NCBI GenBank assembly: GCA_003278685.1
Contig: QCDS01000002.1
Coordinates: forward strand, 16,731 to 80,730
Length of the DNA: 64,000 nucleotides
Direction: 5' to 3'
DNA from: Prochlorococcus sp. AG-355-K03
GTDB taxonomy: Bacteria > Cyanobacteriota > Cyanobacteriia > PCC-6307 > Cyanobiaceae
In this document: piece after piece, positions 10,826 through 21,224 of the stretch
Position numbering within the stretch: position 1 is the stretch's first letter
How the letters are laid out: each line of letters begins with the position of its first letter
Made by a program: the position numbers and the translations under genes
The notes under the pieces: generated by a model
Seen by the model: the letters and a program-made list of their open reading frames with translations, nothing else
Told to the model about the DNA's origin: nothing
The model's database searches: none

Positions 10826-10847
10826 AGCTTATTTAAATTTTTTTATT

Positions 10848-11396
10848 ATGAAAGAACAAGAAATTCAAGAAAATATGAATAAAAGTATTGAAGCCACTCA
10901 AAGAAACTTTAATACAATCAGGACAGGCAGAGCTAATGCTTCATTGCTAGACAGAGTAAGTGTTGAGTATTACGGAGTAGAAACACCAATAAAATCTCTT
11001 GCCACAATAAGCACTGTTGATTCACAAACGATTTCAATACAACCATTTGATATTTCATGTTTACAAGCGATTGAGAAATCTATTTCCATGAGTGATTTAG
11101 GTATTACTCCAAATAATGATGGTAAAGTAATAAGAATAAATGTTCCTCCCTTAACAGAAGAAAGAAGAAAAGAATTCTGTAAATTAGCCTCTAAATATGC
11201 AGAGGAAGGAAAAGTAGCTTTGAGAAATATCAGAAGAGATGCTGTTGATAAAGAAAAAAAAGACGAAAAAGATGGTCTCATTTCAATTGACGAATCAAGA
11301 GATAACCAATCTAAAATTCAGAAAATTACTGATAAAAATATTGCTTTAATAGAAACCAAATTGTCTGAGAAAGAAAAGGAAATTCTTAAAGTTTGA
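10848..11396 (+). CDS. frr: Ribosome recycling factor
   Basis: [15 protein letters not shown]; follows pyrH. Confidence 0.98.
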   Translation: MKEQEIQENMNKSIEATQRNFNTIRTGRANASLLDRVSVEYYGVETPIKSLATISTVDSQTISIQPFDISCLQAIEKSISMSDLGITPNNDGKVIRINVPPLTEERRKEFCKLASKYAEEGKVALRNIRRDAVDKEKKDEKDGLISIDESRDNQSKIQKITDKNIALIETKLSEKEKEILKV

Positions 11397-12526
11397 AAGG
11401 ATTTGACGTCGTAATAATTGGCGGAGGTTTATCAGGATCTTCCACCGCTCTAAACCTATCAAAGAAAGGATATTCAGTTTTAATTATCGAAAAAGAAAAA
11501 TCCCAAAATTACAAACCATGTGCAGGCGGAATGGCGTCTTCAATGCAAAGATTTCTTCCATTAGATATAAAAGATTCCATAGAATCAAAAATTAAGAATG
11601 TTGAATTCAGATGGAAGGCTTCAGATAATGTAACTGCTGATTTGACTTGTGAATCCCCATTTTGGATTATTAAAAGAGAGAAGCTTGATCAATTATTACT
11701 TGATGAGTCCTTGAGTAATGGAGCTCAGATAATGAGACCATTATTAATAGAAAAAATCATAAAAAAAAATGATAAATGGGAAATTACTTGCAACAACGAA
11801 ATAAAATATATTACAGAATTTCTTGTGATTGCAGATGGGTCTCAATCGAAATGGGCGGGTTATTTCAATTTAGGGCCAAGAAAACCGAGATTTGCGAACA
11901 CAATCTCATTAAGATTGAAAGGACTTGGTGAAATACCTAGAGATGCAGTTAGATTTGAGTTTGGATTCATAAAATATGGTTTTGCATGGGCATTCCCCCT
12001 AAGAGAAAGCTTAAATATTGGTTTAGGTACTTTTATAAATAATGGTCTCCTAGAAAATCAGACCATAAATAAACAAGTAATCAGAAGCTTCGGTTTTGAT
12101 GAATTTCCTCATAAAACAATTAGTAAGAAACTGAGAATATGGAATGGCTTCCATTCAATTAATGGTGACAAAGTTCTATCAGTTGGAGATGCAGCATCTC
12201 TATGCGATCCATTTTTAGCTGAAGGAATTAGACCATCTTTAATTAGCAGTTTTTATGCTGCAGAATATATAGATCAGTGCCTATCAGGAAAAGAGGACAA
12301 TTTAAATCTCTACACGAAAAAAATTAACAACATTTGGGGGAAATCTATGGCTTGGGGGAGGAGAATAGCCCAAGTATTTTATAGATTTCCCAAAACTGGA
12401 TACCAATTAGGTGTCAAAAGAAAAACAGCACCTAAACGTATTGCTCAAATATTATCAGGAGAAATGAGTTACGAAGATATTGCAAAAAGAGTTATCAGAA
12501 GACTTTTAACAAAAAGTGAGTCTTAA
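11393..12526 (+). CDS. Geranylgeranyl-reductase-family FAD oxidoreductase
   Basis: GGGLSG, KPCAGG, GFAWAFP, VGDAA..DPF.AEGI. Confidence 0.85.
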   Translation: MKGFDVVIIGGGLSGSSTALNLSKKGYSVLIIEKEKSQNYKPCAGGMASSMQRFLPLDIKDSIESKIKNVEFRWKASDNVTADLTCESPFWIIKREKLDQLLLDESLSNGAQIMRPLLIEKIIKKNDKWEITCNNEIKYITEFLVIADGSQSKWAGYFNLGPRKPRFANTISLRLKGLGEIPRDAVRFEFGFIKYGFAWAFPLRESLNIGLGTFINNGLLENQTINKQVIRSFGFDEFPHKTISKKLRIWNGFHSINGDKVLSVGDAASLCDPFLAEGIRPSLISSFYAAEYIDQCLSGKEDNLNLYTKKINNIWGKSMAWGRRIAQVFYRFPKTGYQLGVKRKTAPKRIAQILSGEMSYEDIAKRVIRRLLTKSES

Positions 12527-12550
12527 TTCTTTCTCAATTCAAACTTAAAT

Positions 12551-13552
12551 TTAGTTAGCAGAAATCAATTTATGATTTTTAATTTCTGAATATCTCTTAA
12601 GTAGCAGCTCTTCTAATTCTTCTATAGCCTTACTGAATCCAGTAATACCCTCACTAAGCTTTTCACTTGCCATTTGATCTTCTAACATACTTAATCTGAA
12701 ATCTTTTTCTTCAAATTCGTAGTCAATAGAATGATTTATTTGGGAACTTAAATCTAATTTTCTAACTAATTCTCCTTTTTCTTTTTTCAGTTCTTCAAGA
12801 AATTTTGGTGCAATTGTTAAAAGATCGCAACCTGCTAATTCTTTTATTTCATCAAGATTTCTAAAACTCGCTCCCATTACTTCTGTCTTGAATCCCTTTT
12901 CTTTAAAGTACTTGTATATTTGTGTAACTGAAATAACACCAGGGTCTTCAGCACCAACAAAACTAGTTTTACCAGTTTTTGCTTTATGCCAATCCAATAT
13001 ACGGCCAACGAAAGGAGAAATTAAAGTTATCTTTGCATTGGCACAAGTTACCGCTTGGCAGAAGTTAAAAAGTAAAGTTAAGTTGCACCTAATACCCTCT
13101 TTTTCCAAAATTTCAGCTGCCTTAATTCCCTCCCAAGTTGCAGCAATCTTAATCAAAATTCTTTCCTTTTCGATTCCAAAATTTTTGTAAAGATTGATCA
13201 ATTTTCTCGCTTTTTCTACGGTAGCTTCGGTGTCAAAACTAAGTCTTGCATCAACTTCTGTAGATACACGCCCTGAAATAATTTTCAATATTTCTTTTCC
13301 AAAAAATACTGAAACTTGATCAACAGTTTCTTTAATTAAATCAATTTTGGAGAACCCTTGGGGCAATGCATTTTCTGAACTTTCTAAAGCTTTATCAATT
13401 AATTTCACATAATCAGGATTCTTAGCAGCAGCAAGTATCAGCGATGGATTCGTGGTGGCATCTCTTGGTTGAAATTTTTTTATCGAATCTAAATCTCCAG
13501 TATCAGCAACAACAACGGTCATTGAGGACAATTGTTCTAAAATTGATTTCAT
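12551..13552 (-). CDS. tal: Transaldolase
   Basis: [34 protein letters not shown]. Confidence 0.98.
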   Translation of the reverse strand: MKSILEQLSSMTVVVADTGDLDSIKKFQPRDATTNPSLILAAAKNPDYVKLIDKALESSENALPQGFSKIDLIKETVDQVSVFFGKEILKIISGRVSTEVDARLSFDTEATVEKARKLINLYKNFGIEKERILIKIAATWEGIKAAEILEKEGIRCNLTLLFNFCQAVTCANAKITLISPFVGRILDWHKAKTGKTSFVGAEDPGVISVTQIYKYFKEKGFKTEVMGASFRNLDEIKELAGCDLLTIAPKFLEELKKEKGELVRKLDLSSQINHSIDYEFEEKDFRLSMLEDQMASEKLSEGITGFSKAIEELEELLLKRYSEIKNHKLISAN

Positions 13553-13640
13553 GTCTAGATAATCATATATTTACAAACTAGCTCTAATTCCTCATGAAAT
13601 CATCAGATAGTGAATTAAATATTTATAAAATCGGAAAATT

Positions 13641-15392
13641 TTAGGGTTTTTTAACAATCATTCCATGATCTTTAATCTTAGGAGGTATTTTTTCAATTAC
13701 TATCAAACTTTCGATAATTTCTTTTGCAACTGGTACTGCAACAGTTGAACCATATGCATACGATTTAGATGGCTCATCAACGACTACAAGGACAGCATAT
13801 TTTGGATCATTAACTGGCAAGGTTGCAACGAAACTACAAACTTTTTTGCTTGTATACGAACCATTTAAGGCTTTTTGAGAAGTGCCCGTTTTCCCCGCTA
13901 TCCTATAACCTTCGATTTTTACTCCAGATCCACTACCTTTATCAACTACGCTCTCCATCCATTCAAGAACAGTTTTAGTGACCTCGTGTGAAAAAAATTG
14001 TCTTTTTGGATTTTTATTAAATCTTTCTTTGAAAGTTGAGGTCACATGAGGAGTCACTTCAAAACCCCCATTTGCAAGAGCCGCATGAAGTTGAACCAAT
14101 TTAAGTGGAGAGATTGAGAAGCCTTTACCAAAAGAAGTGACAGCAGGCTCAATAGATTGATTTACAAATAAATCTTTTCTCTTTAGTTGGCCAGCAGTTG
14201 ATTCAAATAAGTCAGTCTCTAAATTTTTATTTATACCTAAATTTTGTAGCCAATCCCAATAAATTGTAGGATCTAAATTTTGCATAATTTTTACCATCCC
14301 AACATTACTTGAAACCTGCAAAACTTTTGGATAGTCAATGTATCCATTACCTTTTTTATCCCAATTAGAAAGTGTCCATCCTCCAACATTAATCTTTCCA
14401 ATATCTTCAACAACTCCATCTTTCTGGATGACTTTTTCTTCTAAAGCTAAGGCAAGATTAATAGGTTTAAAAGTTGAGCCCGGCTCAAATAAATCTTGCG
14501 AATACCACCCCCTAAAGAGTTCCGAATCATACTGCCAAAATTTATTTGGATCATATGATGGGACTGTAACCAAAGAGAGAATCCGACCATCATTTACATC
14601 CATAACTATGGCAAATCCCTTCTTTGCTTTCCATTTGCTTACTTGCTTTGATAATGCATTGTATGACGCTTTCTGTAATTTTGAATCTATAGTTAGGCCT
14701 AAACTTTTGTAATCAGGAATGAAATCACCTGGTGCTGAATTGTCCGGTAGAGGAGTTCCATCTCCTCCTCTTTTTATAAAATTACTTTTATTAAAAACTT
14801 TAATTTCATTATCTAAATGAAGTTCTAAACCCGCTGAAGCTACATTCTCATCATTAACAAAACCGACAAGATTAGAGTAAAGTTCTCCTTGTGGATAATA
14901 TCTTTGCGAATATTTAAACAAATCAATTCCGCTTATTTGAAGGTTCTTAATCTTTTCTGCCTTTTCTTCCGAAATTTTATCTAAAAGCTTGATACCAATC
15001 ATTTTATTATTAAATTTCCTCAAGAGTATTTCATCATTAATGTCCAAGATAGGTGACAATTTTTCTATAACTTCTTCAATACTGCGAACTCTGTTAATTG
15101 AATCACCCGGAAAATTAAAATATTTTGGATGGACCCATAATTTATAGAGCGGTTTATCGTAAGCAATTACTCTATTATTTCTATCAACGATTGATCTCCT
15201 TTTTTTTAAGGAGTTAGTTTTAGAAGATTGTATTAATCTAGCTTTCCTTTGCAAATCAGAGGCGTTAAAGACCTGCAATTTAATTAACCTACCAAACAAA
15301 CAAAAAATTAATAGTAAGCTAAAAATATAGAGAAATTTAAATCTTCTTTGATCAAGGGGTACTAGACGAACAATTTTTTTGTATTTTTTCAT
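13641..15392 (-). CDS. ftsI: Class B penicillin-binding protein (FtsI/PBP3)
   Basis: N-terminal TM, RYYPQG, EPGSTFK (SxxK), SSN, KTG; ATG at 15392 overlaps upstream TGA. Confidence 0.9.
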   Translation of the reverse strand: MKKYKKIVRLVPLDQRRFKFLYIFSLLLIFCLFGRLIKLQVFNASDLQRKARLIQSSKTNSLKKRRSIVDRNNRVIAYDKPLYKLWVHPKYFNFPGDSINRVRSIEEVIEKLSPILDINDEILLRKFNNKMIGIKLLDKISEEKAEKIKNLQISGIDLFKYSQRYYPQGELYSNLVGFVNDENVASAGLELHLDNEIKVFNKSNFIKRGGDGTPLPDNSAPGDFIPDYKSLGLTIDSKLQKASYNALSKQVSKWKAKKGFAIVMDVNDGRILSLVTVPSYDPNKFWQYDSELFRGWYSQDLFEPGSTFKPINLALALEEKVIQKDGVVEDIGKINVGGWTLSNWDKKGNGYIDYPKVLQVSSNVGMVKIMQNLDPTIYWDWLQNLGINKNLETDLFESTAGQLKRKDLFVNQSIEPAVTSFGKGFSISPLKLVQLHAALANGGFEVTPHVTSTFKERFNKNPKRQFFSHEVTKTVLEWMESVVDKGSGSGVKIEGYRIAGKTGTSQKALNGSYTSKKVCSFVATLPVNDPKYAVLVVVDEPSKSYAYGSTVAVPVAKEIIESLIVIEKIPPKIKDHGMIVKKP

Positions 15393-15823
15393 CAATATCC
15401 TCTTTGAAATTTGCTATCACTAAAACCTTCTATGAATGTACTTAAATTTTTCTTAAATGTATTTTCTTTTTTTTCAGTAAGTTTATCTAGATAAATTAAA
15501 TCTTCAGGTTTAGTTTTTCTATAAATGTTGAGAGACTCAAGTTCACTTATATAGAATTCCTCAATTTTAGAAATATAATCAATGAGATTATTATTAATAG
15601 CTCTTGTTTTAGATAAGGTTTTATATATATTTGACCATTTCCTTTGGCTATCAAAAGATAAGAAAAATAAGGTAAAAATTAATACCAATAGAGATATATT
15701 AATGGTGTCGAAAATTTGATGTACTAATTTGATATTGATTATGGATATTTTTTCGGAATCTTTTTTACTTTCATATGGAACTTTTTTTTTTAAATTAAGT
15801 TGATTCCCATAAGATTTCATCAA
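15392..15823 (-). CDS. Bitopic membrane hypothetical protein, FtsL-like architecture
   Basis: Basic N-terminus, one TM (ISLLVLIFTLFFLSF), helical segment; coupled to ftsI. Confidence 0.6.
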   Translation of the reverse strand: MMKSYGNQLNLKKKVPYESKKDSEKISIINIKLVHQIFDTINISLLVLIFTLFFLSFDSQRKWSNIYKTLSKTRAINNNLIDYISKIEEFYISELESLNIYRKTKPEDLIYLDKLTEKKENTFKKNLSTFIEGFSDSKFQRGY

Positions 15824-15904
15824 TGATTTATTTTTTAAATGAAAGGAGTATTATTAATTAAATAAACATCTTTTTGTTTGGTTCGCAAGTAAAAATTAAA
15901 TTCT

Positions 15905-17266
15905 TTATGTCCTCAATAAGAACAAATTTAAGAAGGTCAATCCATTCCATAAAGAATGCATAATCACTGAAGAAAACAAACTCCCTGAAGCAATTCTTGT
16001 GATTCCTAATCCAATTCCTAGTACAAATAATGGAGGCATTTCTCCCAAACTTAAATGAGCTAATGCAAAGATGAAGGCTGAAATTATGATGCCCGAAATT
16101 ACTCCAAAATCTCTTGAAAGAGTTGGTAGTAAAATACCGCGAAATACAATCTCCTCAAATAGAGGAGCTAATATAGTTGTAGTTACAAATAATAGAAAAA
16201 ATGATAAGTAATTATTATTATTAAGAACAATTTCCAGCAAAGGGTTACTACCATTCTGATTATCGATCAGACTATTCATGATTAGAGAAATCAATAAAAC
16301 AAAAGGCACTATTGTTAACCAACCTTTAATTCCCTGAATAATTGCATTTTTTATTGGCAATATATTGAACTGTAAATAATCCTTTTTAAAAATAAATTCA
16401 CCATTCAAAGATTTAATTTGATAATAAACTATCCCCAATGGCGGAATAGCCATAAAAAGATATCCAAAGAATATTTTTAAAGATTGAGATAATTCATTAG
16501 AGATATTTTTAGAAAAAATTTCAACCAAACTGATAGAAAACAAGGGTGATATGACTTCTCCTAAAACAACAAATCCACCTGCAATTAATAAGACCATATC
16601 TATTAATTCTAAATCTAAAGATTTAATTTCTTGCCAACCTAACTTTTTCAAAGATAAGGTGGTCCATAATGTTTTTAAAGCCAGAATAGAGCCAGTAATT
16701 ATTGTTAAAAGTGGTATTAGTCTGATGGCTAATATTTTTAAAAACATTTTGCTTGAAAATGATTTTGTTATTAAAGAACTATCGTCAAAATCAAATTTCC
16801 TGCTTAAAAGGTGATATAAAAATCTATCACTTTTAAATAAATCAAATTTATTAGAATTTGGTTTATATGAATTATTATTAGATTTTTTTTCTATCTCATC
16901 AATCAGAAATTTAAAGGTTTTATTTTCAAAATCTTCGGATATATTTTTATAGATTATAGGATCATTTGATTCTGAAGAAATTATTCGAATTAATTTATTT
17001 CTTTCTGTTAGTTCTTCAAAAGAGACCTCAGAGAGTAATTTATTTATTTGATCAACCGGATCGTTAATGATAAAAAATTTTTTAAGGTTTACAGGTATTG
17101 ATTGGACCGATAATTCAGCAATTTCTTGCTCTTTTTGACTTATATCAAATGAAACAGATGGTCTATTTAAACTATCTCTTAAGCCTTGCTGCCATACAAA
17201 AAAAGTTATGACTATAGAAATAAAGGCTAAAATTAGTTTTGACTTGGAAACATTTTTAAAGATCAT
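15905..17266 (-). CDS. CPBP/CAAX (Abi) intramembrane protease
   Basis: APLFEEIVFRG, FALAH, HSLWN. Confidence 0.92.
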   Translation of the reverse strand: MIFKNVSKSKLILAFISIVITFFVWQQGLRDSLNRPSVSFDISQKEQEIAELSVQSIPVNLKKFFIINDPVDQINKLLSEVSFEELTERNKLIRIISSESNDPIIYKNISEDFENKTFKFLIDEIEKKSNNNSYKPNSNKFDLFKSDRFLYHLLSRKFDFDDSSLITKSFSSKMFLKILAIRLIPLLTIITGSILALKTLWTTLSLKKLGWQEIKSLDLELIDMVLLIAGGFVVLGEVISPLFSISLVEIFSKNISNELSQSLKIFFGYLFMAIPPLGIVYYQIKSLNGEFIFKKDYLQFNILPIKNAIIQGIKGWLTIVPFVLLISLIMNSLIDNQNGSNPLLEIVLNNNNYLSFFLLFVTTTILAPLFEEIVFRGILLPTLSRDFGVISGIIISAFIFALAHLSLGEMPPLFVLGIGLGITRIASGSLFSSVIMHSLWNGLTFLNLFLLRT

Positions 17267-17382
17267 AATTTATTATATTGTCGAAAACCATACTTAGTTA
17301 TCATTGAAATTCCTTATATTTATGTATCTATTTTAATCACGCCATGAGATGATTAAATTACCTTAATTTTCAAATTTATATA

Positions 17383-18711
17383 ATGGCTATACGATTAGTT
17401 TTAGTTAGGCATGGACTAAGCAGTTTCAATGCAAAAGGATTAATTCAAGGAAGAACAGATGATTCATTATTAACTGATGAAGGATACGAACAAGCACGAA
17501 AAGCAGGAAAAGCATTATCAAAAATAAACTTCGATAAAATCTATTCCTCCCCGCTTAAAAGAGCGGCAGAAACTGCAAAAACAATTAAAAAGAACTTCAA
17601 TAAAGAACAAAATATTGTATTCGATGAAAATTTGCTAGAGGTAGATCTTGGTGAATGGTCTGGGCTTAAAATTGATGAAATAAAAAAGAAATTTCCAGAA
17701 ATTTATCCTATTTGGAAAAATGATCCAGAAAATCTAATCTTAAAAAGAAATGATAATAAAACTTATAAACCTATTCAAGAATTATTTTTTCAAGCTACAA
17801 ATTTTGTAGAAGACATTTTAAAAATTTATCTAGACAAAGATGATGTAAATATTTTAGTCGTAGGGCATAATGCAATTCTCAGATGTTTAATCCTTTTGTT
17901 ATTAGGAAAGCCTAAGCAAGGTTTCAGGAAAATAAGATTAGAAAATGCTTCTTTCTCGATACTCAATATTTCAAGGAAAGATAACTCTTTTAAGACCCAA
18001 ATTGAATGCTTAAATCAAACTTCCCATCTTAATAAAAATATTCCAAATCAAATAGGAGATTCCCGATTATTTCTAATAAGACATGGTGAAACTAATTGGA
18101 ACAAAGAAGGTAGATTCCAAGGCCAAATTGATATCCCTTTAAATGAAAACGGTAAAGGTCAAGCTAGAAAGACTTTTGAATATTTAAGAAATATTTCTTT
18201 TAATAAGGCATTTTCAAGTTCAATGCATAGGCCTTATGAAACTGCACAAATAATCCTTCAAAATAGAAAAGATTTAAAAATAGAAAGAATAGATTCACTT
18301 GTAGAAATTAGTCACGGATTATGGGAAGGTAAACTGGAATCAGAAATTAGAGAAAAGTGGCCTGTTTTACTAAAAAATTGGCATGATAAACCTGAAGAAG
18401 TAATAATGCCCGAAGGGGAATCTATAAAAGATGTATCAGAAAGGTCCGTAGAGGCTTTTGACAAAATTTGTTTATCTCAAAAGGATAATGATCTAAGCCT
18501 CCTAGTTGCTCATGATGCAGTCAATAAAACTCTAATTTGCAACATACTTAGTATTAGTTATTCAAATATTTGGATGATAAAACAAGGTAATGGTGGCATA
18601 ACTATTATTGACCTTTTTAATGATCGCAATAAGCCCCCTGTGATTAGCGCTCTAAACATTACAACCCACCTAGGAGGAATAATTGATTCAACTGCTTCTG
18701 GAGCACTTTAA
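17383..18711 (+). CDS. Tandem-domain histidine phosphatase (phosphoglycerate mutase/CobC-like)
   Basis: Two RHG motifs (LVRHG, LIRHGET), each with SSxxxRxxETA and a distal His. Confidence 0.9.
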   Translation: MAIRLVLVRHGLSSFNAKGLIQGRTDDSLLTDEGYEQARKAGKALSKINFDKIYSSPLKRAAETAKTIKKNFNKEQNIVFDENLLEVDLGEWSGLKIDEIKKKFPEIYPIWKNDPENLILKRNDNKTYKPIQELFFQATNFVEDILKIYLDKDDVNILVVGHNAILRCLILLLLGKPKQGFRKIRLENASFSILNISRKDNSFKTQIECLNQTSHLNKNIPNQIGDSRLFLIRHGETNWNKEGRFQGQIDIPLNENGKGQARKTFEYLRNISFNKAFSSSMHRPYETAQIILQNRKDLKIERIDSLVEISHGLWEGKLESEIREKWPVLLKNWHDKPEEVIMPEGESIKDVSERSVEAFDKICLSQKDNDLSLLVAHDAVNKTLICNILSISYSNIWMIKQGNGGITIIDLFNDRNKPPVISALNITTHLGGIIDSTASGAL

Positions 18712-18763
18712 ATAAAGTCTTTTTAAAATATATTTTGATGAAGACAGAGGTAGAAAAAAGAGT

Positions 18764-19423
18764 TTATTTATTGAAAAAACCAATTTGACTAAGAGGCCAA
18801 AATCTGAAATATGCTTTGCCAATTATCTCCTTTTTATGAAGAAATTTACTTCCAGGCCAATATCTACCATCCCAGCTGTTTGACCTGTTATCACCTAAAA
18901 CTAAAAAATGATCTTTAGGAACTTTTATATTTTCAAATTCACCACATCTATTAAAGAGGGATAATGAGCACTTATAAGAGACGTAAGGTTCAGTAATTAA
19001 TTTATTATTTATTATTAATTCACCCTTCTTGTTTACACTGACAATTTCGCCTGGAAGTGCGACCACTCTTTTAATATAAGCATCGCAAGCTTGATCCCTC
19101 AAACCAGGAATAAACGACATTGGAGGAAAACTCATCAAAAAACAATATCTTTTTTTTGGTAGAGGCTTCGATCTTAATGAAATTAATTTCTGGTCAAAGG
19201 AGTAAGGTGAGTTAAAAACGACAATATCTCCTCTTTTTGGCAAAGAGTTTCTTAGCGTAAATTTTTCAATAATAAGCCTATCGTTTATTTGCAATTCTGG
19301 GAGCATTGAACCAGAGGGGATGTAACGTGGTTCTGCGAAAAATGATCTACAAGAAGAAACAAAAAAAGTTAATGTGATCAATATACCCCACTCTTTTAAA
19401 AAACTTTTAATAGAAGCAGGCAT
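18764..19423 (-). CDS. lepB: Signal peptidase I
   Basis: IPSGSMLP, YIKRVVALPG, GDNRSNSWDGR. Confidence 0.95.
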   Translation of the reverse strand: MPASIKSFLKEWGILITLTFFVSSCRSFFAEPRYIPSGSMLPELQINDRLIIEKFTLRNSLPKRGDIVVFNSPYSFDQKLISLRSKPLPKKRYCFLMSFPPMSFIPGLRDQACDAYIKRVVALPGEIVSVNKKGELIINNKLITEPYVSYKCSLSLFNRCGEFENIKVPKDHFLVLGDNRSNSWDGRYWPGSKFLHKKEIIGKAYFRFWPLSQIGFFNK

Positions 19424-19452
19424 AAAATTAAAAAAGTTTTGATTTTTTAAAC

Positions 19453-19809
19453 TTATATAATTTGTTTGGCATATTCAATTTCGTTAAAACCTAATATTAC
19501 TTTTTTTCCTTCATAAATCAAAAATGGTCTTTTTATTAATTTGCCATCACTTAAAAGAAGTTGAATAGTTTCTTCCCTTGATAAACTATTAATATCAATA
19601 TTAAGAGTTTTAAAGGCTTTACCTCTTGCATTAAAAATCCTTTTCTTATCATCAGAGTATTGTTCTAAAGCTAGATTTAAATAATTAACAAGAGGTGGTT
19701 CTTTTATAATATCAATTAATTGGAATTCGAAATCTTTGCTTTTAAGCCACTTTGCAGCTTTTATGCAAGTAGAGCATTTTAAATAACTATAAAAAATTAT
19801 TTTTTTCAA
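19453..19809 (-). CDS. ArsC/Spx/MgsR family protein
   Basis: CSTC, LIKRPF, GFNE. Confidence 0.88.
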   Translation of the reverse strand: MKKIIFYSYLKCSTCIKAAKWLKSKDFEFQLIDIIKEPPLVNYLNLALEQYSDDKKRIFNARGKAFKTLNIDINSLSREETIQLLLSDGKLIKRPFLIYEGKKVILGFNEIEYAKQII

Positions 19810-20360
19810 TTTAATTTACTAATTTTTGATTTATTAAGTACTTTAAAGGTTTTCTTTTTTAGGGGTATACAATTTTTCAATAAATTTTCAACCACATCAA
19901 AATCCCTCCAACCTTCAATTTGAACTGTTCTTCCATCAAGTCCTTTACTTGTTCTAAAAAATTCAGCCACATCCTCAAGCTGATTAGGAGCAATTTGATT
20001 AATACTCACTATATTATTCTGCCTAGGATTAGCCATAGGCACACATAGAAGTTTTCCATCATATGCCCCACAATCATACATATCCAAAACTCCAATAGGT
20101 CTAGCTTTTATTAAACAACCAGCAAAAGTAGGCTCATCCATTATCACCATTGCGTCAAGAGGAGCACCATCATCAGCGAGGGTATTTGGAATAAAACCAT
20201 AATCAAAAGGGTACCTCACTGAAGAATGCAATACTCTGTCTAAGGCCATTATTCCAGCATCAGAGCAATATTCATATTTATTCCTGCTTCCTGCAGGTAT
20301 TTCAACAACGATATTTACTATTCCCTTCATTGGAGATGGAGGTATTGAACTAAGGTCCAT
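19806..20360 (-). CDS. ppa: Family I inorganic pyrophosphatase paralog with degenerate active site
   Basis: NKYE, LDRVL, YPFDYGFIPNTL; DGAPLD instead of DGDPLD, FFRTSK instead of FFxxYK. Confidence 0.85.
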   Translation of the reverse strand: MDLSSIPPSPMKGIVNIVVEIPAGSRNKYEYCSDAGIMALDRVLHSSVRYPFDYGFIPNTLADDGAPLDAMVIMDEPTFAGCLIKARPIGVLDMYDCGAYDGKLLCVPMANPRQNNIVSINQIAPNQLEDVAEFFRTSKGLDGRTVQIEGWRDFDVVENLLKNCIPLKKKTFKVLNKSKISKLN

Positions 20361-20604
20361 CTTTTTTAAAATCGTGATTATGGATTATCTCGTTTCCTTG
20401 AGATAAAGGTCTTCCAATTAAAATGCTTATTGAAGGTAAAAAAATTGTCAAAAAGGCAAAAATAATACCTAGAGATGTTATTGATAAACTCCTTATACTT
20501 AAGGGGTCATCATCATCTCTTTCAAAATCACTTCGAGCAGAATCATGAGAAGATTCTTCGCTTGATTTACTTTGAATAAACTGCTTTGATTTCGTGTAAC
20601 TCAA
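20350..20604 (-). CDS. Small single-TM hypothetical protein
   Basis: ORF with acidic N-terminus and hydrophobic helix; overlaps ppa start. Confidence 0.6.
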   Translation of the reverse strand: MSYTKSKQFIQSKSSEESSHDSARSDFERDDDDPLSIRSLSITSLGIIFAFLTIFLPSISILIGRPLSQGNEIIHNHDFKKDGP

Positions 20605-20700
20605 GAACTCTTAATTGGTAAAGATTAAGGAGATAATTAAACATAATTATTCTACATTCAAAATGTTAATAAATCAAAACATTGATTAGCAAATGTTTAA

Positions 20701-21051
20701 TTACTCTTTTTCTAGTAAAGACCTAATAGATTTTAGTTCATCTAATATTTGCACCAGTATATTTTGAGCCGCGGAGGAGGGTGTATTAAAGACCTCTACA
20801 GTAACCTCCTTAATTCTTAAAATATCTTTTGCAAATCTTGCTACTTCATTAGGATGAAACTTTAAAGGATCTTTTTGATCATTTCTAAATTCGGGATTTA
20901 ATTTTCTTGGATTAAAGCTAGGGTTTAGATTTCTTAAATCTGTATTTGTATACCTATAGACAGAAGCTCTTGATCTGTTTAGAAATTTTTGAACTTCATC
21001 AATACCTACTAATTCCTCTTCGCTAGAAATATTGGAATCTATATTTTCCAT
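20701..21051 (-). CDS. Small HTH DNA-binding protein (Xis/AlpA-like, cyanobacterial 'resolvase'-type annotation)
   Basis: GIDEVQKFLNRSRASVYRY HTH pattern; C-terminal coiled coil. Confidence 0.7.
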   Translation of the reverse strand: MENIDSNISSEEELVGIDEVQKFLNRSRASVYRYTNTDLRNLNPSFNPRKLNPEFRNDQKDPLKFHPNEVARFAKDILRIKEVTVEVFNTPSSAAQNILVQILDELKSIRSLLEKE

Positions 21052-21224
21052 AAATTTAAGAAAATGTTTTAGTAATAATGAACTTTTAAAAGAGTTTGCA
21101 CTTCATTACTGAAGAAGTTAGCAGAAACAATATTTTTAGACTAGCGGCGTTGAGGGACTCAAGACACTTTAAATTATTTTTTCACCTTAATTGATAAAAT
21201 TAAATATTATTAAGGATTTTTTGT

